From contig CBDCNV010000001.1 in assembly GCA_965219535.1 (NCBI GenBank), positions 930,001 to 962,000 on the forward strand: a DNA stretch of 32,000 nucleotides, written 5' to 3'. Below, piece after piece: positions 17,142 through 27,606 of this stretch (its first letter is position 1; the number at the start of each line of letters is the position of its first letter). Position numbers and translations under genes: made by a program. The notes under the pieces are model-generated. The model saw only the letters and a list, made by a program, of their open reading frames with translations, had not been told where the DNA came from and did no database searches. Source of the stretch: Opitutales bacterium. Lineage in GTDB: Bacteria; Verrucomicrobiota; Verrucomicrobiia; Opitutales; PNEW01.

Positions 17142-19151
17142 TTATAATTTGGTGACGAGGGCAGCGGGATCGACTTCAGCTTCCAGGCATTGAGAACCGA
17201 CGCACAGTTGATAACCGTCCGGTTGGTCGGGATCATCAGTGGTTAATAGGAAAACTCTCCGCCAGGGTTTATCAGCCAGATTCTCCTGGAGGAGATCGAG
17301 ATTTGAGATACCTTTAATTTTGATAACAGCGATGCCCACAGCATCACTGGTTATACCTGCCAAAGCGTGAGGAATGCCAATGGGTATTTGCTGCACAAAA
17401 GTGGAGTAAGCTTTACGAAGGGTGTCTAAATTCTCACGGTACTTAGATTCGCCGGTAATAGCGTAAAGACTGGCCAAGACATGGATAAGGGATGAATTCC
17501 CCGCAGGAATGGCGTTGTCCCACCATTCTTTCTTTCGGTTAACAAGCTTTTCATGATCATCACTTGTAAAATAAAAACCGTATTGCCCCGAAGGATCTGA
17601 AAAATGAGCGAAAACCGCGTCGACTATAGCAATGGCGCGTTGAATAAAGAGGCTCGAAGTCCCGGTTTCCAACCAGTCTATTTTTGAACCTAGTGTCAAA
17701 AGAGCTTCTGCATAAAAGGTGTAATCATCGAGATAAGCGTTAAGTCCTGGAATGTTATCTTCATAACAGAGGGCATGAAGACGATGGTCGTCAAAAAGCT
17801 GATTCTCCCATATCCTGTTTGCAGCCCGCTTTGCGTATTCGAGCCATTCCTTTCGCCCGAAGGCGAAAGCGGCTTCAGCTATTCCACGAATGACGAGGCT
17901 GTTCCATGCCACTAATTGTTTTGTATCCTTAGCTGGGGACACACGCGTTAATCGCTGTTGAAGCAGTACATCTCGCTGCGAACAGAGCTCCTCACGTCGA
18001 TTAAAATCGCTTGTCGATAAAGCAGGATTGGAGGTGTGATGTTCAAAATTACCCTTTTCCGTTATACTGTAAGTTTCGCAAAATAGTTTCCCGTCATCTT
18101 GACCAAGAAGCGATTCGACCTCAGCCGGGGTCCACACATAGTATTTGCCTTCTTCCCCTTCGCTATCCGCATCAATTGAAGAATAGAAACCGCCATTAGG
18201 AGCGTGCATATCACGTAATAACCAATTTACGGTTTCTTCCACTGCAGCTTTAAATATTGGCTGGCGGTAGCGCATCCAGCCTTTAGTGTATATGTCGAGG
18301 AGCAGACCGTTATCATATAGCATTTTCTCGAAGTGGGGAATAAGCCAAAATCTGTCGACACTGTAACGAGCGAACCCTCCACCGACCTGGTCATAGAGGC
18401 CACCTTGTGCCATGGCGCTCAAGGTGCGAATGACGACTTCGTCGATTCTTCGAGCGAGACTGGGACGTTGCTCTTCGCAGGCGGAACTCAGTCTTAATTC
18501 GAGAAGAAAATTAAGCGCCATCGAAGGCGGGAATTTTGGCGCCTGTCCGAAGCCGCCCCACTCATCGTCATGAGCTTTGCAGATAATCTCTGCGGCGGTA
18601 AGGAGCAGTTGGTTATCCAGGGGATCCTCGCTTTCATTGACCGGGATGTTACTGCCCAACATGTTTTGAACAATATTATCGGCGTTTTCCTCCAGCTCCT
18701 TTCTTTTCTGTTTATAAAAGTCTGCGACGCGCATAATCAATTGAGGCCAGGGAACAAGGCCTTGACCTCTGTCTTCAGGAGGAAAGTAGGTGCCTCCGAA
18801 GAAGGGCCGCCCATCGGGGAAACAAAAAACATTAAGTGGCCAACCTCCATGGTTGGTGATCATCTGCACTGCATCCATGTAAATCTGGTCGACGTCTGGA
18901 CGTTCTTCGCGGTCTACCTTTATGCAAATATAATGATCATTCATCAATTTCGCGATGTAGTCATTTTCAAAAGATTCGTGCGCCATGACATGACACCAGT
19001 GACAGGAACTATAGCCAATACTCACGAGCAGGGGCTTATCATCAGATTTGGCCTTTTCCAATGCTTCCTCACCCCAGGGATACCAGTCGACGGGGTTCTC
19101 AGCATGCTGGCGCAAATATAAACTTTTTTCCTTGGATAAACGGTTGGCCAT
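17142..19151 (-). CDS. thioredoxin-domain protein of the YyaL/DUF255 family (thioredoxin-like N-terminus plus six-hairpin C-terminal domain)
   Basis: 669 aa. [45 protein letters not shown] is the hallmark DUF255 N-terminus with the CxxC-like CHWC. The C-terminal region contains [18 protein letters not shown]. Confidence 0.9.
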   Translation of the reverse strand: MANRLSKEKSLYLRQHAENPVDWYPWGEEALEKAKSDDKPLLVSIGYSSCHWCHVMAHESFENDYIAKLMNDHYICIKVDREERPDVDQIYMDAVQMITNHGGWPLNVFCFPDGRPFFGGTYFPPEDRGQGLVPWPQLIMRVADFYKQKRKELEENADNIVQNMLGSNIPVNESEDPLDNQLLLTAAEIICKAHDDEWGGFGQAPKFPPSMALNFLLELRLSSACEEQRPSLARRIDEVVIRTLSAMAQGGLYDQVGGGFARYSVDRFWLIPHFEKMLYDNGLLLDIYTKGWMRYRQPIFKAAVEETVNWLLRDMHAPNGGFYSSIDADSEGEEGKYYVWTPAEVESLLGQDDGKLFCETYSITEKGNFEHHTSNPALSTSDFNRREELCSQRDVLLQQRLTRVSPAKDTKQLVAWNSLVIRGIAEAAFAFGRKEWLEYAKRAANRIWENQLFDDHRLHALCYEDNIPGLNAYLDDYTFYAEALLTLGSKIDWLETGTSSLFIQRAIAIVDAVFAHFSDPSGQYGFYFTSDDHEKLVNRKKEWWDNAIPAGNSSLIHVLASLYAITGESKYRENLDTLRKAYSTFVQQIPIGIPHALAGITSDAVGIAVIKIKGISNLDLLQENLADKPWRRVFLLTTDDPDQPDGYQLCVGSQCLEAEVDPAALVTKL

Positions 19152-19273
19152 AATCTTGAGTTTACTTACTGGTCACTGATTTCTGCCATCATCATTATTG
19201 CTTGCTAAAATGCAATTTAATCCCCGGTTTTATTTTGCCATCAATGTGTGATGGGCTCTAACTGGAATGTATT

Positions 19274-20980
19274 ATGCCGGAAATACGAATATTATCTGAT
19301 CGCGTCGCTAACCAGATAGCCGCGGGTGAGGTAATCGAGCGTCCGGTAGCTATAGTTAAAGAGCTGATCGAGAACAGTCTGGACTCGGGAGCCAAGCGCA
19401 TCGAGATCGAGTTTCGCAATGGCGGTAAAAACTTCATTCGCGTCGAGGATAATGGTCACGGTATGAGCCCAGATAACGCGTTGCTGGCTCTCGAACGTCA
19501 TGGGACGAGTAAGATCAGCGATGTAAACGATCTCCTGAATGTGAGAACTTTTGGTTTTCGTGGTGAGGCTCTACCTTCAATCGCAAGCGTGTCTCACTTC
19601 TCGATGCGCACGCGTAGCAAAGATTGGGATTGTGGAACAGAGATAATCTACAATGGGGGCAAGTTTAAGCATCAAAAAGAAATAGGGATACCGGTGGGAA
19701 CAAGTATTGAAGTGGTCAATTTATTTAATTCAGTACCGGCGCGGAGGAAATTTCTTAAGACCGATAATACAGAGGCAGCTCATATTATTCATCTCTCTCG
19801 ACTTTATGCTGTCGCTTATCCAAATACTTCATTCACTCTTCTGGAAAATGGAAAAATAATTTTCCGGTCACCGGTTTGTCAGGATCTGAATGAGCGCGTT
19901 CGCGAAATTTTCGGTAAACAAATTGCCAATCTGCTTATTGAAATAAAAGCTGAGGGTGATGATTTTTCTCTTACCGGACTTATTGGCAAACCCGGTGCCG
20001 GTCGTTCGACACGTCAGGATATGATTACCTACGTCAATCGACGACCGGTGGAAAGTCGCACCTTGTATTATGCTTTGATCGAAGCTTATCATACCTATTT
20101 ACCCAAAGGGCGTTACCCCTTGGCTTTCATCTTTCTCGAGATGAAACCCCAAGGTTTTGACATAAATGTTCACCCGGCCAAGCGAGAGATAAAATTTCGT
20201 GATGAAGGTCGCGTTAGACAGTTTATAATGGTTAATCTTCTGGATCGATTGCGTGAAGCTACGCGCACAACTGTAGAGAGTTCAAAGCCCAGTGATAAGC
20301 TCAACAATAAACCTGCGCTCATCCCGCCAGATACCTCGGGTATAAAAGCCAGCGCAAATCCACCCGAGACGCTAAAACCAATACCACCTGCTGAGAAACG
20401 GCGGCAATTGAGTTGGCGATATCTTGGGCTGATCCACGAAATTTTTGCACTCTATGAAACAAAAACTGGATTGGTGCTCCTCAATACACGTGGCGCAAGA
20501 GCACGCATTGTTTTTGAAAGAATTCAGATGCAGTTGTCTGCAAATGAATCGATGAGCCAAAAACTGCTTTTCCCAATACCTCTCGAACTCGATCCGGTTT
20601 TGTCGAGTGCGCTCGAGAATAACCGCGAATTTTTTCAGGAGCGTGGATTTGTCATCGAACTGTTTGGGCGTAATTTCTATCGCATCGAAGCGATCCCGGA
20701 ATGGCTGGATCCTGGGTCCGGTGAAGAATTTATTCGTGATCTGATAGCACGTATTCAAGAACGCGGATTGAGGCCAGATAAACCGGATATTGCACACGAG
20801 GAAATTGCACGTTTAGCTTCTGCCCAGGTCAGCCGTTCCAGCCTCGCTGAATCTGAAAGTGAAATGTATCACCTGGCAGAAAAGCTGTTAAGTTGTAAGA
20901 ATCCGCTTACTGATCCCAGGGGGAGGCCTACTTACTTTGAAATATCGCGTGTAGACCTGGATAAAAAGTTTTTCCGGTAA
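19274..20980 (+). CDS. mutL: DNA mismatch repair protein MutL (C-terminal endonuclease motifs degenerate, see findings)
   Basis: 568 aa. GHKL ATPase motifs: ANQIAAGEVIERP, ELIENSLDSGA, DNGHGM, FGFRGEAL. The C-terminal dimerisation domain ends in ...FFR. Confidence 0.9.
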   Translation: MPEIRILSDRVANQIAAGEVIERPVAIVKELIENSLDSGAKRIEIEFRNGGKNFIRVEDNGHGMSPDNALLALERHGTSKISDVNDLLNVRTFGFRGEALPSIASVSHFSMRTRSKDWDCGTEIIYNGGKFKHQKEIGIPVGTSIEVVNLFNSVPARRKFLKTDNTEAAHIIHLSRLYAVAYPNTSFTLLENGKIIFRSPVCQDLNERVREIFGKQIANLLIEIKAEGDDFSLTGLIGKPGAGRSTRQDMITYVNRRPVESRTLYYALIEAYHTYLPKGRYPLAFIFLEMKPQGFDINVHPAKREIKFRDEGRVRQFIMVNLLDRLREATRTTVESSKPSDKLNNKPALIPPDTSGIKASANPPETLKPIPPAEKRRQLSWRYLGLIHEIFALYETKTGLVLLNTRGARARIVFERIQMQLSANESMSQKLLFPIPLELDPVLSSALENNREFFQERGFVIELFGRNFYRIEAIPEWLDPGSGEEFIRDLIARIQERGLRPDKPDIAHEEIARLASAQVSRSSLAESESEMYHLAEKLLSCKNPLTDPRGRPTYFEISRVDLDKKFFR

Positions 20981-21096
20981 ACATTTCCCTCGTTTTATGG
21001 TCTTACTAGATTAAGAATATTCTCGCTTCACAGGAGGGATAATTATTTTAAGCTATAAAGTGTGTATAAAACCCGCTATAGATTTTTATAAAGACA

Positions 21097-23643
21097 ATGG
21101 ATAAAGCCACCTCTACGACTAAAAAGTCAAAAGTTGTTGCTGAAAAAAAGAACAAGGTGCTCGACTTTGATAAGACGAGCCATCCTTTCAATTTTAACAT
21201 TGAAAGTAACGCAAAGGGTTTCAAGACCTCCATTCTCAACCACCTTCGCTATACGCTTGCGCACGATACGAAAATTGCCTCCAAGCGCGACTGGTGGATT
21301 TGCACCTGTATGGCGGTACGCGATCGCATCATGGAGCGCTACATAATGACCCAGCGCATGCATAATCGCACTAACACAAAACGCGTCTATTATCTTTCTT
21401 TAGAATATTTGATGGGGCGTCTTCTATCCAACAATCTTTATAACACAGGTTTATTTGAAACCGCTCAACAAGCGCTCAATGATATCGGATTAGACCTGAA
21501 TGAATTACTCGATGAAGAACCGGATATGGGTTTAGGAAATGGCGGTCTTGGACGTCTGGCGGCCTGTTTTCTTGATTCACTGGCAACCCTTGACTACCCA
21601 TCCATTGGCTATGGAATTTATTATGAGTTTGGTCTCTTCCAACAGGAATTAGTAGCCGGACGACAGGTAGAGCATCCCGATAGCTGGTCACAATATGAAA
21701 ATCCCTGGCAAATAGTGCGACCCGAATATTCCCAGGAGGTGCATCTGTATGGAAGAGTAGAAAACCAGTTTGATGATTTCGGTAATAGCAAACCCGTTTG
21801 GATGGGCGCGCAGACGATCATTGGTATTCCCTGGGATATTCCGATATGCGGCTTTGATTTTGGAACCGTAAATTTCCTGCGCCTTTGGGAATCCCGTGCT
21901 TCTAAAGAATTTGACTTAGAAGTTTTCAATAGAGGCGGCTACGTTGAAGCGGTACGAGAAAAAGCCCTCGGGGAGACAATATCCAAAGTCCTTTATCCTA
22001 ACGATGAGAGAGAGAGCGGAAAAGAATTGCGCCTTGTCCAGCAGCATTTCTTTGTCTCCTGTTCATTACAGGATATTATCCGACGCTATATTAAAAAGAA
22101 TGAAGGTTGGGATGCTTTTACGGAAAAAGTTTCGATTCATCTTAATGACACACATCCAGCGGTCGCCGTCTTGGAGCTCATGCGAATCTTCGTCGACGAG
22201 AAACAATTGGACTGGGCTTATGCCTGGGACATTTGTAGAGAAGTTTTTGCTTATACCAATCATACCCTTCTCCCTGAAGCGCTGGAGAAGTGGAGCGTCC
22301 CTCTCTTTGAAAAAGTGCTGCCGCGACATTTGCAGATTCTATTTGAAATTAATCGGATCTTTCTTGAAGACGAAGTGGAAAAATGCTGGCCCGGCGATGA
22401 AGAGAAAAAAAGTGAATTGTCTCTTATCGAGGAGGGAAAACCTAAATTGATTCGCATGGCCTACCTCTCGGTAGTTGCCAGCCACTCCGTCAATGGAGTA
22501 GCCGCGCTTCACACTCAACTGCTTAAAAGCCGTCTTTTTCCCACATTTAATGAGCTTTATCCCGACAAATTTAATAACAAGACAAATGGCATTACACCCC
22601 GTCGATGGTTACAGGCTTGTAACCCCCGCCTCTCTCGCCTCATAGAGAGTAAGATTGGCGATGGGTGGATTACAGATCTTGAACAACTAAGGAATCTTGA
22701 AGAATTTGCGGACAATCGTGAATTTCAGGATGAATTTCAGGCAGTAAAACGAGCGAACAAAGAAGATTTGGCCACCGTAATCGGAGAACAGTACGGGATC
22801 GAAATTGATCCTGACGCTATCTTTGATGTTCAGGTGAAACGTTTGCATGAGTATAAGCGACAACATCTCAACTTACTTCATATTCTTGCACTCTATCATC
22901 GTCTATTACATATTCCCGATTTCGATATTCACCCTCGTGTTTTCATTTTTGCGGCCAAGGCGGCCCCGGGTTACAAGCTGGCTAAATCGATCATACACGC
23001 CATTAATGCAGTGGGAGAGATAATAAACCAGGATGCTCGGGTTAATGGTAAATTAAAGGTCGTATTTTTACCGAACTACGGTGTAACCCTGGCAGAAAAG
23101 ATTATACCCGCGGCCGATGTGTCTGAACAAATATCCACGGCCGGGAAAGAGGCTTCAGGTACCGGAAATATGAAACTTGCCCTAAATGGTGCGGTCACGA
23201 TTGGAACTCTTGATGGCGCAAATGTAGAAATCAGGGATGAAGTAGGTGAAGACAATTTTTTTGTTTTTGGATTGAGAGTAGATGAAGTTGATGCTTTACG
23301 CGACAGTGGTTACAACCCTTACGATTTATACTTTGCAAATGAAGAATTGCGAAACGTGGTTGACTGGATCGGCTCCAGCTATTTTACGCCTGACGATCCT
23401 AATGCCCTTGCGGCGGTGCGTCGCAGTCTTCTCGAAGAGGGTGATCCTTATTTTGTTCTCGCCGATTTTGATAGCTATAGTAAAACGCAGATTGAGGTCG
23501 ATCGAGCTTATCGAGACCGGAGAAACTGGATACGCAAGGCCATATTAAATACTTCACGCGTTGGCAAATTTTCCTCCGATCGAACTATTCGCCAATACGC
23601 AGAAGAAATCTGGAATCTCGATTCTCTTCCCATTGGTCTCTGA
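21097..23643 (+). CDS. glgP: glycogen / alpha-glucan phosphorylase
   Basis: 848 aa. [17 protein letters not shown]; the PLP-lysine region [23 protein letters not shown]; colinear with GT35 phosphorylases. Confidence 0.97.
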   Translation: MDKATSTTKKSKVVAEKKNKVLDFDKTSHPFNFNIESNAKGFKTSILNHLRYTLAHDTKIASKRDWWICTCMAVRDRIMERYIMTQRMHNRTNTKRVYYLSLEYLMGRLLSNNLYNTGLFETAQQALNDIGLDLNELLDEEPDMGLGNGGLGRLAACFLDSLATLDYPSIGYGIYYEFGLFQQELVAGRQVEHPDSWSQYENPWQIVRPEYSQEVHLYGRVENQFDDFGNSKPVWMGAQTIIGIPWDIPICGFDFGTVNFLRLWESRASKEFDLEVFNRGGYVEAVREKALGETISKVLYPNDERESGKELRLVQQHFFVSCSLQDIIRRYIKKNEGWDAFTEKVSIHLNDTHPAVAVLELMRIFVDEKQLDWAYAWDICREVFAYTNHTLLPEALEKWSVPLFEKVLPRHLQILFEINRIFLEDEVEKCWPGDEEKKSELSLIEEGKPKLIRMAYLSVVASHSVNGVAALHTQLLKSRLFPTFNELYPDKFNNKTNGITPRRWLQACNPRLSRLIESKIGDGWITDLEQLRNLEEFADNREFQDEFQAVKRANKEDLATVIGEQYGIEIDPDAIFDVQVKRLHEYKRQHLNLLHILALYHRLLHIPDFDIHPRVFIFAAKAAPGYKLAKSIIHAINAVGEIINQDARVNGKLKVVFLPNYGVTLAEKIIPAADVSEQISTAGKEASGTGNMKLALNGAVTIGTLDGANVEIRDEVGEDNFFVFGLRVDEVDALRDSGYNPYDLYFANEELRNVVDWIGSSYFTPDDPNALAAVRRSLLEEGDPYFVLADFDSYSKTQIEVDRAYRDRRNWIRKAILNTSRVGKFSSDRTIRQYAEEIWNLDSLPIGL

Positions 23644-24491
23644 TGTATTTAAATGTAATATTGAATCTTTCTAAAATATCGGGATGCGTCATTGGGGTGT
23701 TAACATTTTTCCTTTGCTCAACTCTATTGAGGAGTGAACAAACAATGTATCCTTTCGTTCCCGGTGAAAGGTTGACTTATAAATTAAGTTGGGGCGTGTT
23801 TTCAGTGGGAAAGGTAGTGATCGAGGTCAGCGGCCCAATCTCCGTTAATGAAATTCCGTGTTACCAATTTTCATTTAATGTTAAGTCAAATAAATTTACG
23901 GATACATTCTATAAAGTTCGTGACCAGATAAATGGATACGTCGATCTTGAGTTGAAGCGGTCTATCCACTACACGAAGAAGCAGAGTGAGGGGAATCATA
24001 AACGTGATGTAATCGTGGATTTCGATTGGAAAGCCAAGCGAGCCCAGTACACTAATTTCGGCCAAGTGCATGAGGCTGTTCCACTACCGGAATCAGCATA
24101 TGATCCCCTAACGATATTATTTGTCGCTCGGCTGCAATCCTTTGAAGTTGGTAGACCTTTCACTTTACCGGTCACCGATGGTAAGCAGTACATCGATTCA
24201 AAAGTCCAAGTTATTAAGAAAGAAATAATTAATACTGAACTGGGCACATTTAATACCTATCTTCTCCAACCGGGATTGGATGGGATTGGCGGTGTTTTTA
24301 AAAAAAGTAAAAATGCCAGTATTCGTATATGGTTTACAGACGACCGTTACAAAATTCCGATAAAATTTAAGAGCAAAGTTGCGATTGGAAGCTTCCGGGC
24401 CATTTTAGTATCAATCGATCGACCGGACAAAGATGAGCGGATCGTATCGGGGGATACTCCAATAATTTCGCGTGAAGTCAACGAGGGGTGA
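23643..24491 (+). CDS. DUF3108-domain protein (membrane-anchored or secreted)
   Basis: 282 aa with an N-terminal hydrophobic segment. GERLTYKLSWGVFSVGKVVIEV resembles the DUF3108 N-terminal motif. Its ATG overlaps the glgP stop by 1 nt (cTGATG). Confidence 0.65.
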   Translation: MYLNVILNLSKISGCVIGVLTFFLCSTLLRSEQTMYPFVPGERLTYKLSWGVFSVGKVVIEVSGPISVNEIPCYQFSFNVKSNKFTDTFYKVRDQINGYVDLELKRSIHYTKKQSEGNHKRDVIVDFDWKAKRAQYTNFGQVHEAVPLPESAYDPLTILFVARLQSFEVGRPFTLPVTDGKQYIDSKVQVIKKEIINTELGTFNTYLLQPGLDGIGGVFKKSKNASIRIWFTDDRYKIPIKFKSKVAIGSFRAILVSIDRPDKDERIVSGDTPIISREVNEG

Positions 24492-24514
24492 ATCTTAGGC
24501 TGGGGAGCGGGTAA

Positions 24515-25888
24515 TTAATTAGCTTTTATCGCGATTTGCATGCTGTCTCCTTGAGTGAATTCAAGTCGAGAGACCTTTCCTCGGCCATCTTTTTTAAAAG
24601 TTATCGTGGCATTGAGGACATCATAGGAGAATGTATCTTCACCTATGGGATGGACGCGATGGTGTAAATTTCCAACTAACTGCCCATATAATTTCTCGCC
24701 CTTTTTGGAAATAATCAATGAGTTATCTTTATCAAAATTATATACACCGATATAACTTTTGAGCTGATTGGAATCTAATTCAATGATTACCCTGAATGGG
24801 CGCAGTGAATTGTTTTGAGGATCGAGAACAAAAAAACCGATATCATCAACACTAGTTGCGGAATTAGAGAGGACAACTACCCCTGTTTTCTCCGCTTCCG
24901 AAAAACCAATAAAGCAGGCGTGACCGGCGGTCATAGCGCTATGCCAGTGGATAGCTGAATTATTTTTGGTCATCCTCACGTGCCAGCCAAGGCTAATTAC
25001 ATGTTTGGGTAATTGAGTATCGGCGAGAGGACGTTGAGTGCCTTTCATGATAGAAAAAAGAGAGCTGGGAACGAGCCCTAATTGTGATTGAACAAATATT
25101 GCCAGGTCATGAGCGGATGAGTGAAGCGCGCCCGCGCCTGGCAAGGCGGGCATTTCCCATTGCGGCATCTGGTCGATACCATCGTGACCACGGGCAAAGT
25201 GATAGCGTTGAGTTTCAGATAATTTTACCGAGGTTTCATCCATCCCAAGTTTACTAAGGATTCGCTTTTTCAGTATGTTTTCGTAGGAGTCGTTGTTTGC
25301 CAGGCTTAATATATGACCAAGCAGACCCACGCTGAAATTTGAATATTCGTAAGTCGTTCCAGGGGTCTTTTTAAGTTCGTAGTTATTGAGAAACGCGTAA
25401 AGTTGATCGACAGTGTAATCGGCATAAGGGTTGCGTTGATCGGCGGGCCTCAAATTGTCTGGCCTCGTGGGGAGTCCAGAAAGATAGGTAGCTAAATGGA
25501 AGAGAGATATTTTCTCACCATTCATTTCAGGAGGATTCACACTCGCTGGCAGATATTTATCGATAGAATCGTAGAGGGAGATTTCTCCTCTATCAACCAT
25601 TTCTGCGGTTAGCAGATTGGTGAATACTTTGGTAACCGATCCGATCTCGAAGATGGTTTTTTCGTTGATTGAACGCTCATCACCTTCGCGATAGGTGCCG
25701 GCACTAAAATAGTGAATCCCGTCTTGTGATACAACCGCGACGACAACTCCTTGATTCAATTCCCTGCTGATGCGAGCTTTGAGAGTTTGTTCGATCGCTA
25801 ACGATAGCGAATTATGCTCCGCCAGAAGAGGGGAACTTAAATTGAGTATAAGGATGAAGCCTATAATTGCGATGCTTTCTCGTTTCAT
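24515..25888 (-). CDS. serine hydrolase, beta-lactamase / class-C PBP-like family, with extra C-terminal domain
   Basis: 457 aa with a signal peptide. SxxK motif in FEIGSVTKVF and YxN in YEYSNF. The C-terminal ~90 aa (IGVYNFDKDNSLIISKKGEKLYGQL...) resembles the DUF3471-type appendage. Confidence 0.85.
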   Translation of the reverse strand: MKRESIAIIGFILILNLSSPLLAEHNSLSLAIEQTLKARISRELNQGVVVAVVSQDGIHYFSAGTYREGDERSINEKTIFEIGSVTKVFTNLLTAEMVDRGEISLYDSIDKYLPASVNPPEMNGEKISLFHLATYLSGLPTRPDNLRPADQRNPYADYTVDQLYAFLNNYELKKTPGTTYEYSNFSVGLLGHILSLANNDSYENILKKRILSKLGMDETSVKLSETQRYHFARGHDGIDQMPQWEMPALPGAGALHSSAHDLAIFVQSQLGLVPSSLFSIMKGTQRPLADTQLPKHVISLGWHVRMTKNNSAIHWHSAMTAGHACFIGFSEAEKTGVVVLSNSATSVDDIGFFVLDPQNNSLRPFRVIIELDSNQLKSYIGVYNFDKDNSLIISKKGEKLYGQLVGNLHHRVHPIGEDTFSYDVLNATITFKKDGRGKVSRLEFTQGDSMQIAIKAN

Positions 25889-25972
25889 TACTGTTACCTG
25901 AAAGTTAGAACAGGGAAAAAGGAAGTGAGTTCCTCAGAGTATTGATTTTTTACTCTATGAGATAACTTCATC

Positions 25973-26923
25973 TCAAGGGTAATATTTAAAGATATTTTCT
26001 TCATCGGGGAGATGTATAATCGCCTCGCTACTGATTTCTGTGACTTTTTTTATGATTTCATCGGGTATTTTGCGATCGAGAGAAGCGACGTTATCCCGCA
26101 CCTGAGATCCATTTCTCGCTCCAACAATAACAGAATTGATAACTGCCTGTTGTATGATCCATTGTATCGCAAGATGATGCAGAGGACAATCTATAGCGTT
26201 AGAAATTAGTTTTAGTTTATCTGTTGCAGCGAAGAGATAGGGCCATACGTCGGATTGGAAGAAAACCGTATGCGATCTAGTATCATTAGATTCAAATATG
26301 GGATCGTGTGAAAACTTTCCTGTTAAAATTCCCTGTGCGATAGAACTATAGGAAATCACTGCTATATCATTATCCTTACAGAAGGGGATCATGTCCGCTT
26401 CCGCTTTACGCCAAAATAAGTTGTAACACAGTTGATGAGCATCGATATTTGCCGCTTCGATGACGAGTTTCATTTGCTCAAGTGAAAAATTACTTACGCC
26501 GATGGCACCGATAGTGCCCATTTCACGTTCTCTTTCCAGTAATTCAAAGTGTGGGCGCATATCAACATCGCTTCTCGGCCAATGCATGTAAAAAAGATCG
26601 ATCTTGTCTGTTCCCAGATTATTGAGGCTTTTGTGCAAAGATTTAATTATAGATTCCGGTTTCTTTCCCGGCGTGCCCTTGGTGGCGAGAAATACTTGAT
26701 CCCATTTACCTTTGAGGAATTTTCCGCACAAAGTTTCAGCTTGTCCGGATCCATACGCGAGAGCGGTGTCCCAATGGGTGATACCCAAGTCCCATGCTGT
26801 TTGCATCGCTCCAAGAGAATCTTCATCCTTTTCATTGACGCCAAAAGCCATACAACCCAGGGCAAGGACAGAGTGATCTTTTAGAAATGGATTAACTTGA
26901 GATTTTTTTTCTGAAGAAGACAC
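25973..26923 (-). CDS. aldo/keto reductase
   Basis: 316 aa. The AKR catalytic tetrad contexts are present: DTALAYG (Asp and Tyr), LATKG (Lys) and YMHWP (His). Confidence 0.9.
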   Translation of the reverse strand: MSSSEKKSQVNPFLKDHSVLALGCMAFGVNEKDEDSLGAMQTAWDLGITHWDTALAYGSGQAETLCGKFLKGKWDQVFLATKGTPGKKPESIIKSLHKSLNNLGTDKIDLFYMHWPRSDVDMRPHFELLEREREMGTIGAIGVSNFSLEQMKLVIEAANIDAHQLCYNLFWRKAEADMIPFCKDNDIAVISYSSIAQGILTGKFSHDPIFESNDTRSHTVFFQSDVWPYLFAATDKLKLISNAIDCPLHHLAIQWIIQQAVINSVIVGARNGSQVRDNVASLDRKIPDEIIKKVTEISSEAIIHLPDEENIFKYYP

Positions 26924-26929
26924 GGGATA

Positions 26930-27553
26930 CTAAAGAGGTTGATGATCTTTGCGGTGCATGATTCTAATTTCCTCTCGACCTTCTCGACCCGGGTAAGCCG
27001 ACGTGGGAACCCATTGCTCTATTGTATCAAAATTCGCACTAAACAGCTGATCGATTTCATCGTATGAGATAGGGAAGGGTGGACCCTCTGGATCATCGAT
27101 ATGTATAAAAAAAATAGCAGCCAGATAACCATTTTCACTTAATAAGCGGAGAGCGGTACGAACATAGTCTCTGCGTTGGGATGGATCTATAGCGCAGAGA
27201 AAGGTATGTTCAAATATCCAATTGAATTTTCCCTCGTAGGTTTCGCCCAGCGAAAAAAAATCACCGACCTCATAGCGCTCCCTGGATACGCGGGGATAAC
27301 TGTTCGCCTTATCAATAGCATAGGGTGATATATCCAAACCTAATGGTTCGGTGCCAGCTTCAGCGAGTAAACGCACGTCATATCCAAATCCGCAGCCGGG
27401 GACTAATATACTTCCCGTTAGTTTAAGCTTGGATAATATTTCAGCCAATGGTGGAGCAGCATAACCTTTATCCCAGGGAATGTCTTCAGACAGGTAACGC
27501 TGTTCCCATTCAGAATCGGCATTCTCCGAGGTGTCTTTTGAAAAGTCTGGCAT
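26930..27553 (-). CDS. SAM-dependent methyltransferase, thiopurine/thiol (TPMT)-like family
   Basis: 207 aa. It has the Trp-rich N-terminus WEQRYLSEDIPWDKG followed by the SAM motif VPGCGFGYDVRLLAE. It ends 6 nt before the AKR start. Confidence 0.75.
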   Translation of the reverse strand: MPDFSKDTSENADSEWEQRYLSEDIPWDKGYAAPPLAEILSKLKLTGSILVPGCGFGYDVRLLAEAGTEPLGLDISPYAIDKANSYPRVSRERYEVGDFFSLGETYEGKFNWIFEHTFLCAIDPSQRRDYVRTALRLLSENGYLAAIFFIHIDDPEGPPFPISYDEIDQLFSANFDTIEQWVPTSAYPGREGREEIRIMHRKDHQPL

Positions 27554-27606
27554 GTAGTGTGCAAGGTATGATACTCCCAGATTAATAACAATGAGTATTT
27601 TATTCT

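Noticed and set aside
18570-19121. 183-aa ORF antisense within the YyaL-type gene
   Set aside because: It is fully contained opposite a 669-aa gene with strong family motifs and has no motif of its own. It is a typical long antisense shadow ORF.
20372-20797. 141-aa ORF antisense within mutL
   Set aside because: It is a shadow ORF opposite the conserved MutL C-terminal domain and has no recognisable features.
21944-22450. 168-aa ORF in an alternative plus-strand frame inside glgP
   Set aside because: It is out of frame with a continuous, fully colinear glycogen phosphorylase. The Arg/Lys/Ser-rich composition is typical of off-frame translation.
23641-23645. glgP stop / DUF3108 start overlap (TGATG) as a sign of a functional glycogen-linked pair
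   Set aside because: A one-base overlap only suggests co-transcription. I know of no link between DUF3108 and glycogen metabolism, and the DUF3108 start could be an internal Met. This is too weak to report as a finding.
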